From NCBI GenBank assembly GCA_963752285.1, contig CAVVXN010000005.1:512001-576000 (forward strand): a stretch of 64,000 nt of DNA, read 5' to 3'. Shown in pieces: positions 34,982 through 45,188 of the stretch. Source of the DNA: an uncultured Planctomycetota bacterium. Its GTDB lineage: Bacteria > Planctomycetota > PLA2 > JAEUHO01. The position numbers and the translations under genes were made by a program. A model generated the notes under the pieces. It was not told where the DNA came from, did no database searches, and saw only the letters and a program-made list of their open reading frames with translations. How positions within the stretch are numbered: position 1 is the stretch's first letter; the number at the start of each line of letters is the position of its first letter.

Positions 34982-35353
34982 ATGCCGACGATCAACCAGC
35001 TCGTGCGCAAGGGCCGCAGGCGGATCCGAGCGCGCAGCAAGTCGCCCGTGCTGGAAGGCTGCCCGCAGAAGCGCGGCGTCTGTCTGGCCGTGAAGACCCA
35101 GACGCCCAAGAAGCCGAACTCCGCGCTGCGGAAGATCGCCCGTATCCGTCTCTCGAACAACCGCGAGATCACGGCGTACATCCCGGGCGAGGGCCACAAC
35201 CTCCAGGAGCACAGCATCGTGCTCGTGCGTGGCGGCAAGGTCCGGGACCTCCCTGGCGTCCGGTACCACATCATCCGCGGGACGCTCGACGCGGCGGGCG
35301 TGGACGGCCGCCGTCAGCAGCGGTCCAAGTACGGCATGAAGCGCGGCAAGTAG
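34982..35353 (+). CDS. rpsL: 30S ribosomal protein S12
   Basis: [23 protein letters not shown]. Confidence 0.98.
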   Translation: MPTINQLVRKGRRRIRARSKSPVLEGCPQKRGVCLAVKTQTPKKPNSALRKIARIRLSNNREITAYIPGEGHNLQEHSIVLVRGGKVRDLPGVRYHIIRGTLDAAGVDGRRQQRSKYGMKRGK

Positions 35354-35376
35354 GGACTTCGCGAGGGACAAACGAG

Positions 35377-35853
35377 ATGGCCGGCAAGTACTACCGCAGC
35401 TTCGAGAGCCTCCTGAAGCCCGATCCGCTGCACGGCGACCTGAACGCCGCGAAGTTCATCTCCTGCATCATGCACGACGGCAAGCGCTCCACCGCGGAGC
35501 GGATCTTCTACGACGCGTTGGAGGAGATCCAGAAGCGCGTGCCGGAGCGTGAGCCGCTCGACGTCTGGAAGCAGGCGGTAGAGAACGTGAAGCCGCTCGT
35601 CGAGGTCCGGAGCCGTCGCGTCGGCGGCGCGAACTACCAGGTCCCGGTCGAGGTGAGCACGAAGCGGCAGCGGGCTCTCGCGTTCCGCTGGATCCTCGAG
35701 GCCGCGCGCGGCCGCAAGGGGAAACCGCTCGCCAGCTCGCTCGCGCAGGAGCTGATCGGCGCCTACAACCGCGAGGGCGGGGCCATGATGAAGCGGGAGA
35801 ACACGCACAAGCAGGCCGAGGCCAACAAGGCTTTCGCCCACTTCGCGTGGTGA
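35377..35853 (+). CDS. rpsG: 30S ribosomal protein S7
   Basis: RRVGGANYQVP, AEANKAFAH. Confidence 0.98.
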   Translation: MAGKYYRSFESLLKPDPLHGDLNAAKFISCIMHDGKRSTAERIFYDALEEIQKRVPEREPLDVWKQAVENVKPLVEVRSRRVGGANYQVPVEVSTKRQRALAFRWILEAARGRKGKPLASSLAQELIGAYNREGGAMMKRENTHKQAEANKAFAHFAW

Positions 35854-35909
35854 CCTCTCTTCGGGCGTCTCTCTTCCCGAGGTCATCGTCTTGGGCTTCG
35901 GCCTGCTTT

Positions 35910-36017
35910 CCATCGTGTGCGGGGACACCCCGCACGCCATCGTGTGCGGGGACACCCCGCACCCCATCGTGTGCGGGGACACCCCGCACGCCATCGTGTG
36001 CGGGGACACCCCGCACC
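35910..36017. repeat. tandem array, 4 x 27 nt CCATCGTGTGCGGGGACACCCCGCAC[G/C], each with a perfect 8-bp hairpin
   Basis: Units start at 35910, 35937, 35964 and 35991; stem GTGCGGGG-ACA-CCCCGCAC. Confidence 0.95.
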
Positions 36018-36171
36018 CCGGGCCGTGCCGAGGCCGTCGCCGCCGTCTGATGACTTCAGGGTCCTGAATGGCGATCGGGACGCCGGGGCCCCGGGCATTG
36101 CTCTGGGGGTGTCCGTCCGTGTCGAATGTGGCGGCTGGGCGGCGTGTGCCGCTCGCAGCGGGAGGGATTGC

Positions 36172-37143
36172 ATGCGCATGCCTCTGGTCCCCATGGTCGT
36201 CGTGCTGGGGCTCGTCGTCGTGGCGGCAGGCCGCGTCCTCGCGGACGAGGATGCGCCCCTCTCCGCGAAGGACATCCAGCAGGTCCGCGGCATCGTCGAG
36301 AAGGCGAGCAAGAAGATCGACGCCGCCTTCGCGAACGTGCCGGAGCGGAAGAAGATGGAGGCCGATCTCGCCGCCCTGTCCAAGATCAAGGACGCGCGCG
36401 AGCGACGCAAGGCTGCCGACAAGTACCAGAAGACGTACCAGGGCACCTACGCCGCGGCGGTGAAGGCGGCGGGCGTGGACTTCCAGCAGCTCGCCAAGGA
36501 CATGGGCGACGCGATTCGGCGGCGGTTCGTGGTCGAGCAGGGCTATCTGCTCACGTTGGCCCCGCGGCGGGCGAAGAAGCGGTCGGGGCCCATCCCCGTC
36601 CGGCCGAAGGGTTCCGAGGTGGTGACGCTCACGGACTTCCTGCACGAGCGCGACGTCTCCACCGGGGCCGCGGCCGGCGGCGGCGTCGACTTCGGGGACG
36701 ACTCCGTCCACGCCGGCGTGATCGCGATCGGGGCGGGCGGCGCCTCCGCGGACGGCGGCTTGACGAAGGAGTACGCCGTTCCCTCGGACGTCCGCACCGC
36801 GACGCTCCACATTCGCTGCAGCGTCGAGGCCGACGCGTTCGCGGTCGGGGTCGTGGGCACGAGCGCCTCGCGCGGAGACGCCGACGCCTTCGCGGCGAGT
36901 CCCACCGGCCACGACTTCTTCGAACCGTTCGGGTACGTGGATGCCACCGCCTTCGCCCCGATCCTGTGGGTCGGGTACGAGGACCACCTCGAGGAGGTCG
37001 AGCACGAGGTCGCGCTGCCGCTCGGCACCACCGTCAAGATCGCCTTTCTGGCAGGCGCCTTCGGCGCCGCGGCCGCCTCACCGGAGACCGACGGGAACGG
37101 AAAGGTCTTCGACATCCGGGCTACCGTGACCCTGCAGCACTGA
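36172..37143 (+). CDS. exported hypothetical protein (323 aa)
   Basis: GGGAGG SD, signal peptide (VLA-DED), Lys-rich helical N-domain, beta-rich C-domain. Confidence 0.85.
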   Translation: MRMPLVPMVVVLGLVVVAAGRVLADEDAPLSAKDIQQVRGIVEKASKKIDAAFANVPERKKMEADLAALSKIKDARERRKAADKYQKTYQGTYAAAVKAAGVDFQQLAKDMGDAIRRRFVVEQGYLLTLAPRRAKKRSGPIPVRPKGSEVVTLTDFLHERDVSTGAAAGGGVDFGDDSVHAGVIAIGAGGASADGGLTKEYAVPSDVRTATLHIRCSVEADAFAVGVVGTSASRGDADAFAASPTGHDFFEPFGYVDATAFAPILWVGYEDHLEEVEHEVALPLGTTVKIAFLAGAFGAAAASPETDGNGKVFDIRATVTLQH

Positions 37144-37437
37144 GCCCCCGGACACCCGCGGTCCCCCCGGGCGCCTCGGGCGGGCGCGCGTGCGCCCGAA
37201 CCGGGACGCCCGGGCGTTCCGAGCGGGTCGGTCCCGGGGGATCGGCGGCGAGGTCCAGGGGGTTCGCGCGTCGAGGACGCGCTCGTGCTCGCGATGGGGG
37301 ACGCCGGAACCAGCCCGCTCGCGATCGTGGTCGAGGACCTCCGCCTACGTCCACGCGCGCGGGAGGGGGCGCCTCGCGCGGGGGGAGGGGACTCGGTCCG
37401 TCGCCCGGTATGCTGCCTCGCTCTGCGAGGAGCGAGC

Positions 37438-39498
37438 ATGCCAAAGATCGACCTCGGGAAGCTCCGGAACTTCGGGATCGTCGCGCACATCGACGCGGGC
37501 AAGACGACGGTCTCGGAGCGCGTCCTCTACTACAGCGGCAAGGAGCACTCGATCGGCGAGGTCCACGAGGGCACGGCCAAGATGGACTACCTGGCCGAGG
37601 AGCAGGAACGCGGCATCACGATCACGGCCGCCGCGACCCGCATCGTCTGGCTCGACCACGACCTGAACCTGATCGACACGCCAGGGCACGTGGACTTCAC
37701 CGCCGAGGTCGAGCGGAGCCTCCGCGTGCTCGACGGCGCGGTCGTCGTGTTCGACGGGGTCCACGGCGTGGAGGCCCAGTCCGAAACGGTCTGGCACCAG
37801 GCCGACCGCTACCGCGTGCCCCGCATCTGCTTCGTGAACAAGATGGACCGCGGCGGGGCCGACTTCGACCGGTCCTGCCAGACGATCCGGGAGCGGCTGG
37901 GCGCGGCCGTCGCCCCCGTGACCGTGCCGATCGGGTCGGCCGACTCGTTCGAGGGCGTGGTCGACCTGCTCCGGCGGGAGGCGATCCACTTCGAGGGAGA
38001 GCAGGGGCGCGAGGTGGTCCGGTCCGACGTGCCGGCCGCGATGCGGGACGAGGTCGAGGTGCGCCGTCACGACCTGATCGAGGCGCTCGGCGACGTCTCC
38101 GACGAGGTCGCCGAACTCTACCTCGCCGAGAGGGAGCCGCCCGTGGACCTGCTGGTCCGCGCGCTCCGCCAAGGGACCATCGCGTGCCGCATCTTCCCCG
38201 TCTACTGCGGCTCCGCGCTCAGGAACAAGGGCATCCAGCCCCTCCTCGACGCCGTCGTGCGCTTCCTGCCGTGCCCCACGGAGGCGCAGCCCATCCAGGG
38301 CCACGATCCGGAGCGGCAGGAGACGGTCGAGATCCGAAAGCCGGACGACACCGATCCGCTCTGCGCCCTCGCCTTCAAGATCGTCACCGATGCGCACGGC
38401 GACCTGACCTTCGTCCGGCTGTACTCGGGGTCGATCCGCCAGGGACAGGGACTCTACAACCCTCGGCTCCGACGCCACGAGCGGGCGCTCCGCATCCTGC
38501 GCATGCACGCGAACGAGCAGACGGGCCTCGAGGAGGCCTTCGCCGGCGACATCGTCGCCCTTCGGGGTCCGAAGCAGACGGCGACGGGCGACACGCTCTG
38601 CGACAAGGCCCACCCGATCGCGCTCGAGCCGATCGTGTTCCCGGAGCCCGTCATCTCCATGGCGATCGAGCCCCGGAGCGCGGCGGACCGCGACCGGCTG
38701 GACGAGGTGCTCCAACGTCTGGCGCGGGAGGACCCCACGTTTCGGACGACCAGCGACGAGGAGACCGGGCAGACGATCATCTCGGGCATGGGGGAGCTCC
38801 ACCTGGAGGTGCTCCGCCACCGTTTGACCCGTGACTTCGGCGTCGAGGCGAACGTAGGCCGGCCCCGGGTCTCCTACCGCCAGACCGTACGCGCCGAGGC
38901 GTCGGCCACGAAGACCTTCCAGCGCTTGATCCAGGGGCGGGAGCAGGTCGCGACGGTCACGATCCGCGTACGCCCCGGCCGTCCGGGGAGCGGGCTCCGC
39001 TTCCAAGTCGAGGACCGGGGATCGACCCTCTCCCCCCTCTTCCGGCTCGCCGTCGAGGAGGGCGTGACCTTCGCCGCCCGGGGCGGCCTGGACCTCGGGT
39101 TCCCCGTCACCGACGTCCTCGCGACCCTCGTCGAGGGCGTGGCCCACGAGACCGACTCCACGGACGTCGCGTTCCAGGCGGCCGGCGCCGAGGCGTTCCG
39201 CGCGGCTGCGGAGCTGGCCGGGCTCGCGATCCTCGAGCCGATCATGCGCTTCGAGGTCACCACGCCGGCCGAGTTCGTGGGTCCGATCCAGTCGGACCTC
39301 GCCCGCCGCGGCGCGATCGTGGAGGGGGACGACCTTCGGGGCGACCTCCGGCTCATCCGCGGGCGGGTCGCATTGAGCGAGATGTTCGGCTACAGCACGA
39401 GCGTGCGTTCCCTCTCGCAAGGCCGGGCGAGCTACTCGATGGAGCCGGCCGGGTTCGCGGAAGTGTCCGCGGAGGTGGCGAAGCGGCTGGCGTTCTGA
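37438..39498 (+). CDS. fusA: elongation factor G (divergent)
   Basis: [46 protein letters not shown]. Confidence 0.93.
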   Translation: MPKIDLGKLRNFGIVAHIDAGKTTVSERVLYYSGKEHSIGEVHEGTAKMDYLAEEQERGITITAAATRIVWLDHDLNLIDTPGHVDFTAEVERSLRVLDGAVVVFDGVHGVEAQSETVWHQADRYRVPRICFVNKMDRGGADFDRSCQTIRERLGAAVAPVTVPIGSADSFEGVVDLLRREAIHFEGEQGREVVRSDVPAAMRDEVEVRRHDLIEALGDVSDEVAELYLAEREPPVDLLVRALRQGTIACRIFPVYCGSALRNKGIQPLLDAVVRFLPCPTEAQPIQGHDPERQETVEIRKPDDTDPLCALAFKIVTDAHGDLTFVRLYSGSIRQGQGLYNPRLRRHERALRILRMHANEQTGLEEAFAGDIVALRGPKQTATGDTLCDKAHPIALEPIVFPEPVISMAIEPRSAADRDRLDEVLQRLAREDPTFRTTSDEETGQTIISGMGELHLEVLRHRLTRDFGVEANVGRPRVSYRQTVRAEASATKTFQRLIQGREQVATVTIRVRPGRPGSGLRFQVEDRGSTLSPLFRLAVEEGVTFAARGGLDLGFPVTDVLATLVEGVAHETDSTDVAFQAAGAEAFRAAAELAGLAILEPIMRFEVTTPAEFVGPIQSDLARRGAIVEGDDLRGDLRLIRGRVALSEMFGYSTSVRSLSQGRASYSMEPAGFAEVSAEVAKRLAF

Positions 39499-39813
39499 GC
39501 GGCCCCCGTCCGGGGCACCCTCCGCGCGGGCACGAGATCGAGCGCGAGGAGGACGAACGCGCTCTCGACGCGCGAGCCTCGGCGGAGCCCCCGAGCCGCC
39601 GTCCGCCGCCGCGCCGGCCAGCCCCTCGCCACCGGAGGGCGTGGCCGTTCACGATCGCGGGCCCGGACCGCTCCCTCCTCCCACACCTGACGGCATACGA
39701 ACTCCCGGCGCCGGTCCTCCGTCGAGGCCCTCGGGGTCGCACGGCGCAGGCCAGACGCCCGGCCGCGCGCGCCGCGCGGGCGGACCTCCGCGGCGCGGGC
39801 ACGGCACAATCCG

Positions 39814-39842
39814 TTGGCACGGGCGAGGGGGGCCAGTACGAT
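39814..39842 (+). promoter_or_regulatory. sigma70-type promoter for the S10 operon
   Basis: TTGGCA-17 nt-TACGAT. Confidence 0.55.
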
Positions 39843-39984
39843 CCCCCCTTCGCCAGCGTCTTCCCGTCGCGTGTCCCCCCAGGGGACAGACCCTCGGAAA
39901 GTCCCGGCGCGAGCCCGAGAGACCACCCCCCAGGGGGCCCGCCGTGCGCACCGCGAGCCCGCGTCACGGGGCAGGACCGCACCC

Positions 39985-40293
39985 ATGATCACCCAAGACA
40001 TCAAGATCCGCATGGAGGCCTACGACCACGAGGCGCTCGACAAGAGCGCCGCGGAGCTGGTCGACACCGCGAAGCGGACGGGCGCGCGCGTGCAGGGCCC
40101 GGTGCCGCTACCCACGCGGATCGAGCGGTACACGGTCCTCCGCTCGCCGCACATCGACAAGAAGTCGCGGGAGCAGTTCGAGATCCGCACGCACAAGCGC
40201 ATCCTCTACATCAGCGAGCCCACGGCCAAGACGATCGACGCGATCTCCAAGCTGAATCTCCCGGCCGGCGTGGACATCCGGATCAAGGTGTGA
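39985..40293 (+). CDS. rpsJ: 30S ribosomal protein S10
   Basis: [21 protein letters not shown]. Confidence 0.98.
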   Translation: MITQDIKIRMEAYDHEALDKSAAELVDTAKRTGARVQGPVPLPTRIERYTVLRSPHIDKKSREQFEIRTHKRILYISEPTAKTIDAISKLNLPAGVDIRIKV

Positions 40294-40295
40294 CC

Positions 40296-40964
40296 ATGCT
40301 CGAAGTCCGATCGCTCAAGGGCAAGACGGTGGGCACGGCCCACCTCGACGCCGCGCCCTTCCAGGGGCGCTGGAACCCGGTGGTCCTGCGCGAGGCGGTC
40401 CTCATGTACGAGGCGAACCGTCGTGTGGGATCCGCCTCCACGAAGACCCGTGCGGAGGTCGCCGGGTCCACGAAGAAGATCTACCGCCAGAAGGGCACGG
40501 GCCGCGCGCGCCACGGCGACCGCAAGGCGCCCATCTTCCGCGGCGGCGGCGTCGCCCACGGTCCGAAGCACCGCGACTACTCGTACGCGTTGCCCCGTCA
40601 GGCGCTCAGGAAGGCGCTTCGCATCGCGCTCGGCGGCAAATTCGCCGACGGCGAGGTACTGCGCTGGGAGGGAGCACCCGTCGCCGGCGACACGCCGTCC
40701 ACGAAGGCGCTCCGCGAGGGCCTCGACGCCCTCGGCGCCCGCCGGAGCGTGCTGCTCGTCGCGGCGGGGACCGTGGACCGCGCGCTGCTCCTCTCGGCGC
40801 GGAACCTGCCCCGCGTACGCGTCCTGCCCGCGGGCGAGATCAGCGCGTACGACGTGGTGAGCCACGACTGGCTCGTGCTGCTCGACGGGGCGTTCGAGGC
40901 GCTCCAGGCGCGCCTCGGCGTCACCGCGTCCGCGGGCGACGACGAGGAAGGGAGCGCGTCGTGA
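40296..40964 (+). CDS. rplD: 50S ribosomal protein L4
   Basis: [26 protein letters not shown]. Confidence 0.97.
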   Translation: MLEVRSLKGKTVGTAHLDAAPFQGRWNPVVLREAVLMYEANRRVGSASTKTRAEVAGSTKKIYRQKGTGRARHGDRKAPIFRGGGVAHGPKHRDYSYALPRQALRKALRIALGGKFADGEVLRWEGAPVAGDTPSTKALREGLDALGARRSVLLVAAGTVDRALLLSARNLPRVRVLPAGEISAYDVVSHDWLVLLDGAFEALQARLGVTASAGDDEEGSAS

Positions 40965-41248
40965 AGTCCCTCGGCCACCAGGACGTCGTCCTCCGCCCGG
41001 TCGTGACCGAGAAGACGCTCAAGAAGGCGGAGCGCACCAATACGTACACCTTCGAGGTGCGCGAGGCGGCCAACAAGATCCAGATCCGGTCCGCCGTCGA
41101 GCATCTGTTCAAGGTCCACGTCACCGGCGTGAGGACGCAACGCTATCTCGGGAAGCGCCGCCGCATGGGCCGCGCCCTCGGGATGACGCCCTCCTGGAAG
41201 AAGGCCGTCGTCCGCGTGCGGCCCGGGGACACGATCGACTTCTATTGA
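40961..41248 (+). CDS. rplW: 50S ribosomal protein L23
   Basis: PVVTEK, ANKIQI, WKKAVV. Confidence 0.96.
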   Translation: MKSLGHQDVVLRPVVTEKTLKKAERTNTYTFEVREAANKIQIRSAVEHLFKVHVTGVRTQRYLGKRRRMGRALGMTPSWKKAVVRVRPGDTIDFY

Positions 41249-41297
41249 GCGGACCGCGGCGCCCCCGTGGCCCGCCGTCCGACGAGACGAGCACCCC

Positions 41298-42146
41298 ATG
41301 CCGATACGCAGAGTCAAGCCGACGACGAACGCGCGCCGAGGGATGAGTTACCTCGACACGAGCGATCTCACCAGGAAGCGCCCCGAGAAGCGGTTGACGC
41401 AGGGCCTGCGCAAGAGCGGCGGACGCAACAATCACGGTCACCTGACCATGCGGCACCGCGGTGGCGGGCACCGGCGCCTGTATCGCGTCATCGACTGGAG
41501 GCGCGCCGGCAAGGACGGCGTGCCGGCGAAGGTCGTGGCCCTCGAGTACGACCCGAACCGCAACGCCCGCCTGCACCTGCTCCTCTACGCCGACGGCGAG
41601 CGCCGCTACGTGCTCGCGACCCACAAGGTCCAGGTCGGCCACACGGTCCACAACGGCCCCGGCGCGGAACCGAGGCCCGGGAACTGCCTGCGGCTGGGCG
41701 ACATCCCGACCGGTCTGCAGGTCCACTCGGTCGAGCTGGTGCCCGGCAAGGGCGCGCAGCTCGCACGCGGCGCCGGGTCCGCGTGCACGCTGGGCGCGAA
41801 GGACGGGGGCTACGCGCTCCTGACGCTGCCCTCCGGCGAGATGCGCCGGGTCCGCCTCGACTGCCGCGCCACGGTGGGCCAGGTCGGCAACATCGACGCG
41901 AACCTGGTGAAGATCGGCAAGGCCGGTCGGACCCGTCACGCCGGGCGGCGCCCGAAGGTGCGCGGTTCGGCCATGAACCCGGTCGCGCACCCGATGGGCG
42001 GCGGCGAGGGCCGTCGCTCGGGCGGCCGCCACCCGGTGTCCCCGTGGGGGCAGCTCGCCAAGGGCGGCAACACGCGCAGTCCGCGCAAGTCGTCGGACCG
42101 CGTGATCGTGCGCGGCCGCAAGCGTGGCAAGCAGGTGGGGAGGTAG
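41298..42146 (+). CDS. rplB: 50S ribosomal protein L2
   Basis: EYDPNR, RGSAMNPVAHPMGGGEG. Confidence 0.98.
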   Translation: MPIRRVKPTTNARRGMSYLDTSDLTRKRPEKRLTQGLRKSGGRNNHGHLTMRHRGGGHRRLYRVIDWRRAGKDGVPAKVVALEYDPNRNARLHLLLYADGERRYVLATHKVQVGHTVHNGPGAEPRPGNCLRLGDIPTGLQVHSVELVPGKGAQLARGAGSACTLGAKDGGYALLTLPSGEMRRVRLDCRATVGQVGNIDANLVKIGKAGRTRHAGRRPKVRGSAMNPVAHPMGGGEGRRSGGRHPVSPWGQLAKGGNTRSPRKSSDRVIVRGRKRGKQVGR

Positions 42147-42149
42147 CCC

Positions 42150-42434
42150 ATGTCGCGCAGCCTGAAGAAGGGCCCGTACGTCGACGAACGTCTCTTCCGG
42201 CGCGTGATGGCGCAGGAGGGGACCGGACGCAAGGAGCCGCTCAAGACGTGGTCGCGTCGCTGCGACATCGTCCCGGAGTTCGTCGGCTACACGTTCATGG
42301 TGCACAACGGAAAGGTGTTCGTGCGCGTGTACGTCACCGAGGACATGGTCGGCCACAAGCTGGGGGAGTTCGCTCCGACCCGGCTGTTCCGCGCCCACAC
42401 CGGCGGCAAGAGGGCCGCCGGGCCGACGCCGTAG
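42150..42434 (+). CDS. rpsS: 30S ribosomal protein S19
   Basis: [17 protein letters not shown]. Confidence 0.98.
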   Translation: MSRSLKKGPYVDERLFRRVMAQEGTGRKEPLKTWSRRCDIVPEFVGYTFMVHNGKVFVRVYVTEDMVGHKLGEFAPTRLFRAHTGGKRAAGPTP

Positions 42435-42442
42435 GAGGGACC

Positions 42443-42802
42443 ATGGCGAAGTCGTTCCATGCCGCGCATCGCCACGCCCGGATCTCGCCGTACAAGGCGC
42501 GACCGGTCATCGACCTGGTTCGCGGGCGCGCGGTCCAGCAAGCCCTGAACATCCTGGCGTACGAGCCCCGCCGCGCGGCCCCCATGATTCGCAAGGTGAT
42601 CCAGTCGGCGATGGCGAACGCGTCGCACGATCTCGACGTGGACCTGCGGCGACTCGTCGTCGTCGAGGCCCGGGTGGACGGTGGGCCCCTGCTCTCGGGC
42701 CGCAAGCGCTGGCGCCCCCGGGCGCAGGGACGCGCGTTCCCGATCCGGAAGCGGACCAGTCACATCACGGTGACCCTGGCCGAGACGGTCGAGGAGGCAT
42801 AG
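42443..42802 (+). CDS. rplV: 50S ribosomal protein L22
   Basis: RISPYKAR, PRAQGRA, KRTSHITV. Confidence 0.96.
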   Translation: MAKSFHAAHRHARISPYKARPVIDLVRGRAVQQALNILAYEPRRAAPMIRKVIQSAMANASHDLDVDLRRLVVVEARVDGGPLLSGRKRWRPRAQGRAFPIRKRTSHITVTLAETVEEA

Positions 42803-42803
42803 C

Positions 42804-43463
42804 GTGGGTCAGAAGACACATCCGATCGGCTTCCGGACGGGGATCTACCTCGACTGGGACTCTCGCTGGTTCGCCCGCAAGCAGGACTTCGCTCGACTCC
42901 TGCGGGAAGACCGTCAGATTCGGAACTTCATCAAGAAGGAGTTCTACGGGGCGGGTATCCCGAAGGTCGAGATCGAGCGCAAGGCGGACGCGCTCCGGGT
43001 CATCGTCCACACCGCCAAGCCCGGCGTGTTGATCGGGCGCAAGGGCGTGAAGGCCGAGGAGCTCAAGAAGCGGCTCGAGTCGCTGACGGGGCGGCGCGTG
43101 GGTCTCGACATCCTCGAGATCCCCCGTCCCGAGCTGAACGCGACCCTGGTCGCGCAGAGCGTGGCGGAGCAGCTGATGAAGCGCGCGTCGTATCGGCGCA
43201 CCGTGAAGCGCGCGATCCAGCACACCATGGAGCGGGGCGCGAAGGGCGCGAAGATCATCATCTCGGGGCGTCTCGGCGGCCAGGAGATCGCGCGCACCGA
43301 GAAGCAGGCGGAGGGGTCGATCCCCCTCTCCACCCTGAAGGCGGACATCTCGTACGGCGAGGCCGTCGCCCGCACCAACTACGGCGTGATCGGCGTCAAG
43401 GCCTGGATCTTCCTCGGCACACTGGCCGCCGCGCTGCCGCACCAGCCGCAGGAGGCCGTCTGA
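42804..43463 (+). CDS. rpsC: 30S ribosomal protein S3
   Basis: GQKTHPIGFR, GRLGGQEIAR. Confidence 0.98.
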   Translation: MGQKTHPIGFRTGIYLDWDSRWFARKQDFARLLREDRQIRNFIKKEFYGAGIPKVEIERKADALRVIVHTAKPGVLIGRKGVKAEELKKRLESLTGRRVGLDILEIPRPELNATLVAQSVAEQLMKRASYRRTVKRAIQHTMERGAKGAKIIISGRLGGQEIARTEKQAEGSIPLSTLKADISYGEAVARTNYGVIGVKAWIFLGTLAAALPHQPQEAV

Positions 43464-43873
43464 TGTTGATGCCCAAGAGAGTCAAGTTCCGCAAGGCCCA
43501 GCGGGGCAGCGTGCACGGCATCGCGGCGCGTGGGAACACGGTCGCGTTCGGCGAGTACGGCCTCCAGGCGCTCGAGCCGGGCTGGATCCGGGCCAACGTG
43601 ATCGAGGCCGGCCGCGTGGCGGCCGTCCGCGGCGCGCCGGAGGGCCGCGTCTACATCCGGGTGTTTCCGCACCACCCGGTGACCTCTACGCCCGAAGAGA
43701 CGCGCATGGGCACGGGGAAGGGCGAGCCGGACTACTGGACCGCGGTGGTCCGGCCCGGGACGGTGCTCTTCGAGATCGGCGGCGGCGTCGCCGAGGAGAC
43801 CGCCCGTCGCACCCTGAACAAGGTCGCGCACAAGCTCCCCATCCGGACGCGCTTCCTCAAGAGGAGGGCGTGA
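43463..43873 (+). CDS. rplP: 50S ribosomal protein L16
   Basis: MPKRVKFRK, RMGTGKG. Confidence 0.97.
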   Translation: MLMPKRVKFRKAQRGSVHGIAARGNTVAFGEYGLQALEPGWIRANVIEAGRVAAVRGAPEGRVYIRVFPHHPVTSTPEETRMGTGKGEPDYWTAVVRPGTVLFEIGGGVAEETARRTLNKVAHKLPIRTRFLKRRA

Positions 43874-43874
43874 G

Positions 43875-44090
43875 ATGAGGCCGAGGGACATCCGTCGCCG
43901 GGACGAGCAGGACCTCCGTCAGGAGGTCCGGCGCCTGCGGGAGGAGATCTTCCAGCAGCGGTTCCGCGGCCAGAGCGAGGAGAAGGTCGATCGCGGAATG
44001 GTGCGCAAGCACCGCCGGGACATCGCGCGGATCCAGACGATCCTCCGGGGTCGCGAGATCGGGTTCGAGTCCGCGCCGGAGGCGAAGTAG
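43875..44090 (+). CDS. rpmC: 50S ribosomal protein L29
   Basis: RRDIARIQT, synteny. Confidence 0.92.
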   Translation: MRPRDIRRRDEQDLRQEVRRLREEIFQQRFRGQSEEKVDRGMVRKHRRDIARIQTILRGREIGFESAPEAK

Positions 44091-44092
44091 CC

Positions 44093-44434
44093 ATGGCCAG
44101 GGAACGGGCCCGGAAGAGGACGGTGGTCGGCACCGTCGTGTCGGACCGCATGGACAAGACGATCAGCGTCCGCGAGGACCGGCTCGTCAAGCACCCGATG
44201 TACGGGAAGTACATCCGGCGCGCGTCCATCTACAAGGCGCACGACGAGAACAACGACGCCCACGAGGGTGACCAGGTCGAGATCCTCGAGTCGCGACCCA
44301 TGAGCAAGACGAAGCACTGGCGCCTCGCGCGCGTGCTGCGTCGCGCCGGCGCCCGGCACGTGGACACGGACGAGGCCGACCGCGCGGGCATCACGCCGAG
44401 CCGCCGCCGCGATGAGGAGGAGGCGTCGTCGTGA
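44093..44434 (+). CDS. rpsQ: 30S ribosomal protein S17
   Basis: [22 protein letters not shown]. Confidence 0.97.
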   Translation: MARERARKRTVVGTVVSDRMDKTISVREDRLVKHPMYGKYIRRASIYKAHDENNDAHEGDQVEILESRPMSKTKHWRLARVLRRAGARHVDTDEADRAGITPSRRRDEEEASS

Positions 44435-44799
44435 TCCAGATGCGGACTTGGCTCGACGTGGCCGACAACTCGGGGGCCAAGCGCGTCCACGCCATCAAGG
44501 TCGTGGGGCGCGGCAACTCCCGCTACGCCACGATCGGCGACGTCGTCGTCGCCTCGGTCAAGAAGGCCTTGCCCTCGTCTCAGATCAAGGCGGGGGACGT
44601 CGTCCGGGGCGTGGTCGTGCGCACCCGGAACGCCTACCGTCGAACCGACGGGACGTACGTGCGGTTCGACTCGAACGCAGTCGTCCTGATCGGCGACGAC
44701 AAGAGCCCGCGCGGGACGCGCGTGTTCGGCGCGGTGGCGCGCGAGCTCCGCAAGAAGGGCTTCACGAAGATCGTGAACCTCGCTTCGGAGGTCGTCTGA
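44431..44799 (+). CDS. rplN: 50S ribosomal protein L14
   Basis: [14 protein letters not shown]. Confidence 0.98.
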   Translation: MIQMRTWLDVADNSGAKRVHAIKVVGRGNSRYATIGDVVVASVKKALPSSQIKAGDVVRGVVVRTRNAYRRTDGTYVRFDSNAVVLIGDDKSPRGTRVFGAVARELRKKGFTKIVNLASEVV

Positions 44800-45188
44800 T
44801 GCCGCAGCGCATTCGCAAGGGCGATCTCGTCGCCGTGATCTCGGGCGACGACAAGGGACGGCGCGGACGCGTCCTCCGGGTGATCCCGGAGCGCGATCGC
44901 CTGATCGTGGAGGGCGTGAACGTCGTGTTCAAGCACCTCCGTCGCAGCCAGAAGAACCCGCAGGGGGGGCGCGTCCGACGCGAGGCTCCGATCCACGCGA
45001 GCAACGTCATGCCGATCGACCCCCAGCGGAACGAGCCCACGCGTGTCGGGATGCGCTCCGAGGGCGACCGGCGGGTGCGGTACGGACGCCGGAGCGGCGC
45101 AGCCATCGACAGCGGGACCCCGCGGCGGGGCAAGTCGGCCCGTTCGGAAGCCGGCAAGGGCGGCCGGGAAGAGCGAGGCGAAGGATGA
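44799..45188 (+). CDS. rplX: 50S ribosomal protein L24
   Basis: IRKGDLV.VISGDDKG, EAPIHASNV. Confidence 0.96.
   Translation: MPQRIRKGDLVAVISGDDKGRRGRVLRVIPERDRLIVEGVNVVFKHLRRSQKNPQGGRVRREAPIHASNVMPIDPQRNEPTRVGMRSEGDRRVRYGRRSGAAIDSGTPRRGKSARSEAGKGGREERGEG

Noticed and set aside
35910..36017. CRISPR array
   Set aside because: Palindromic repeats are directly abutting with no unique spacers, and there are no cas genes in the window
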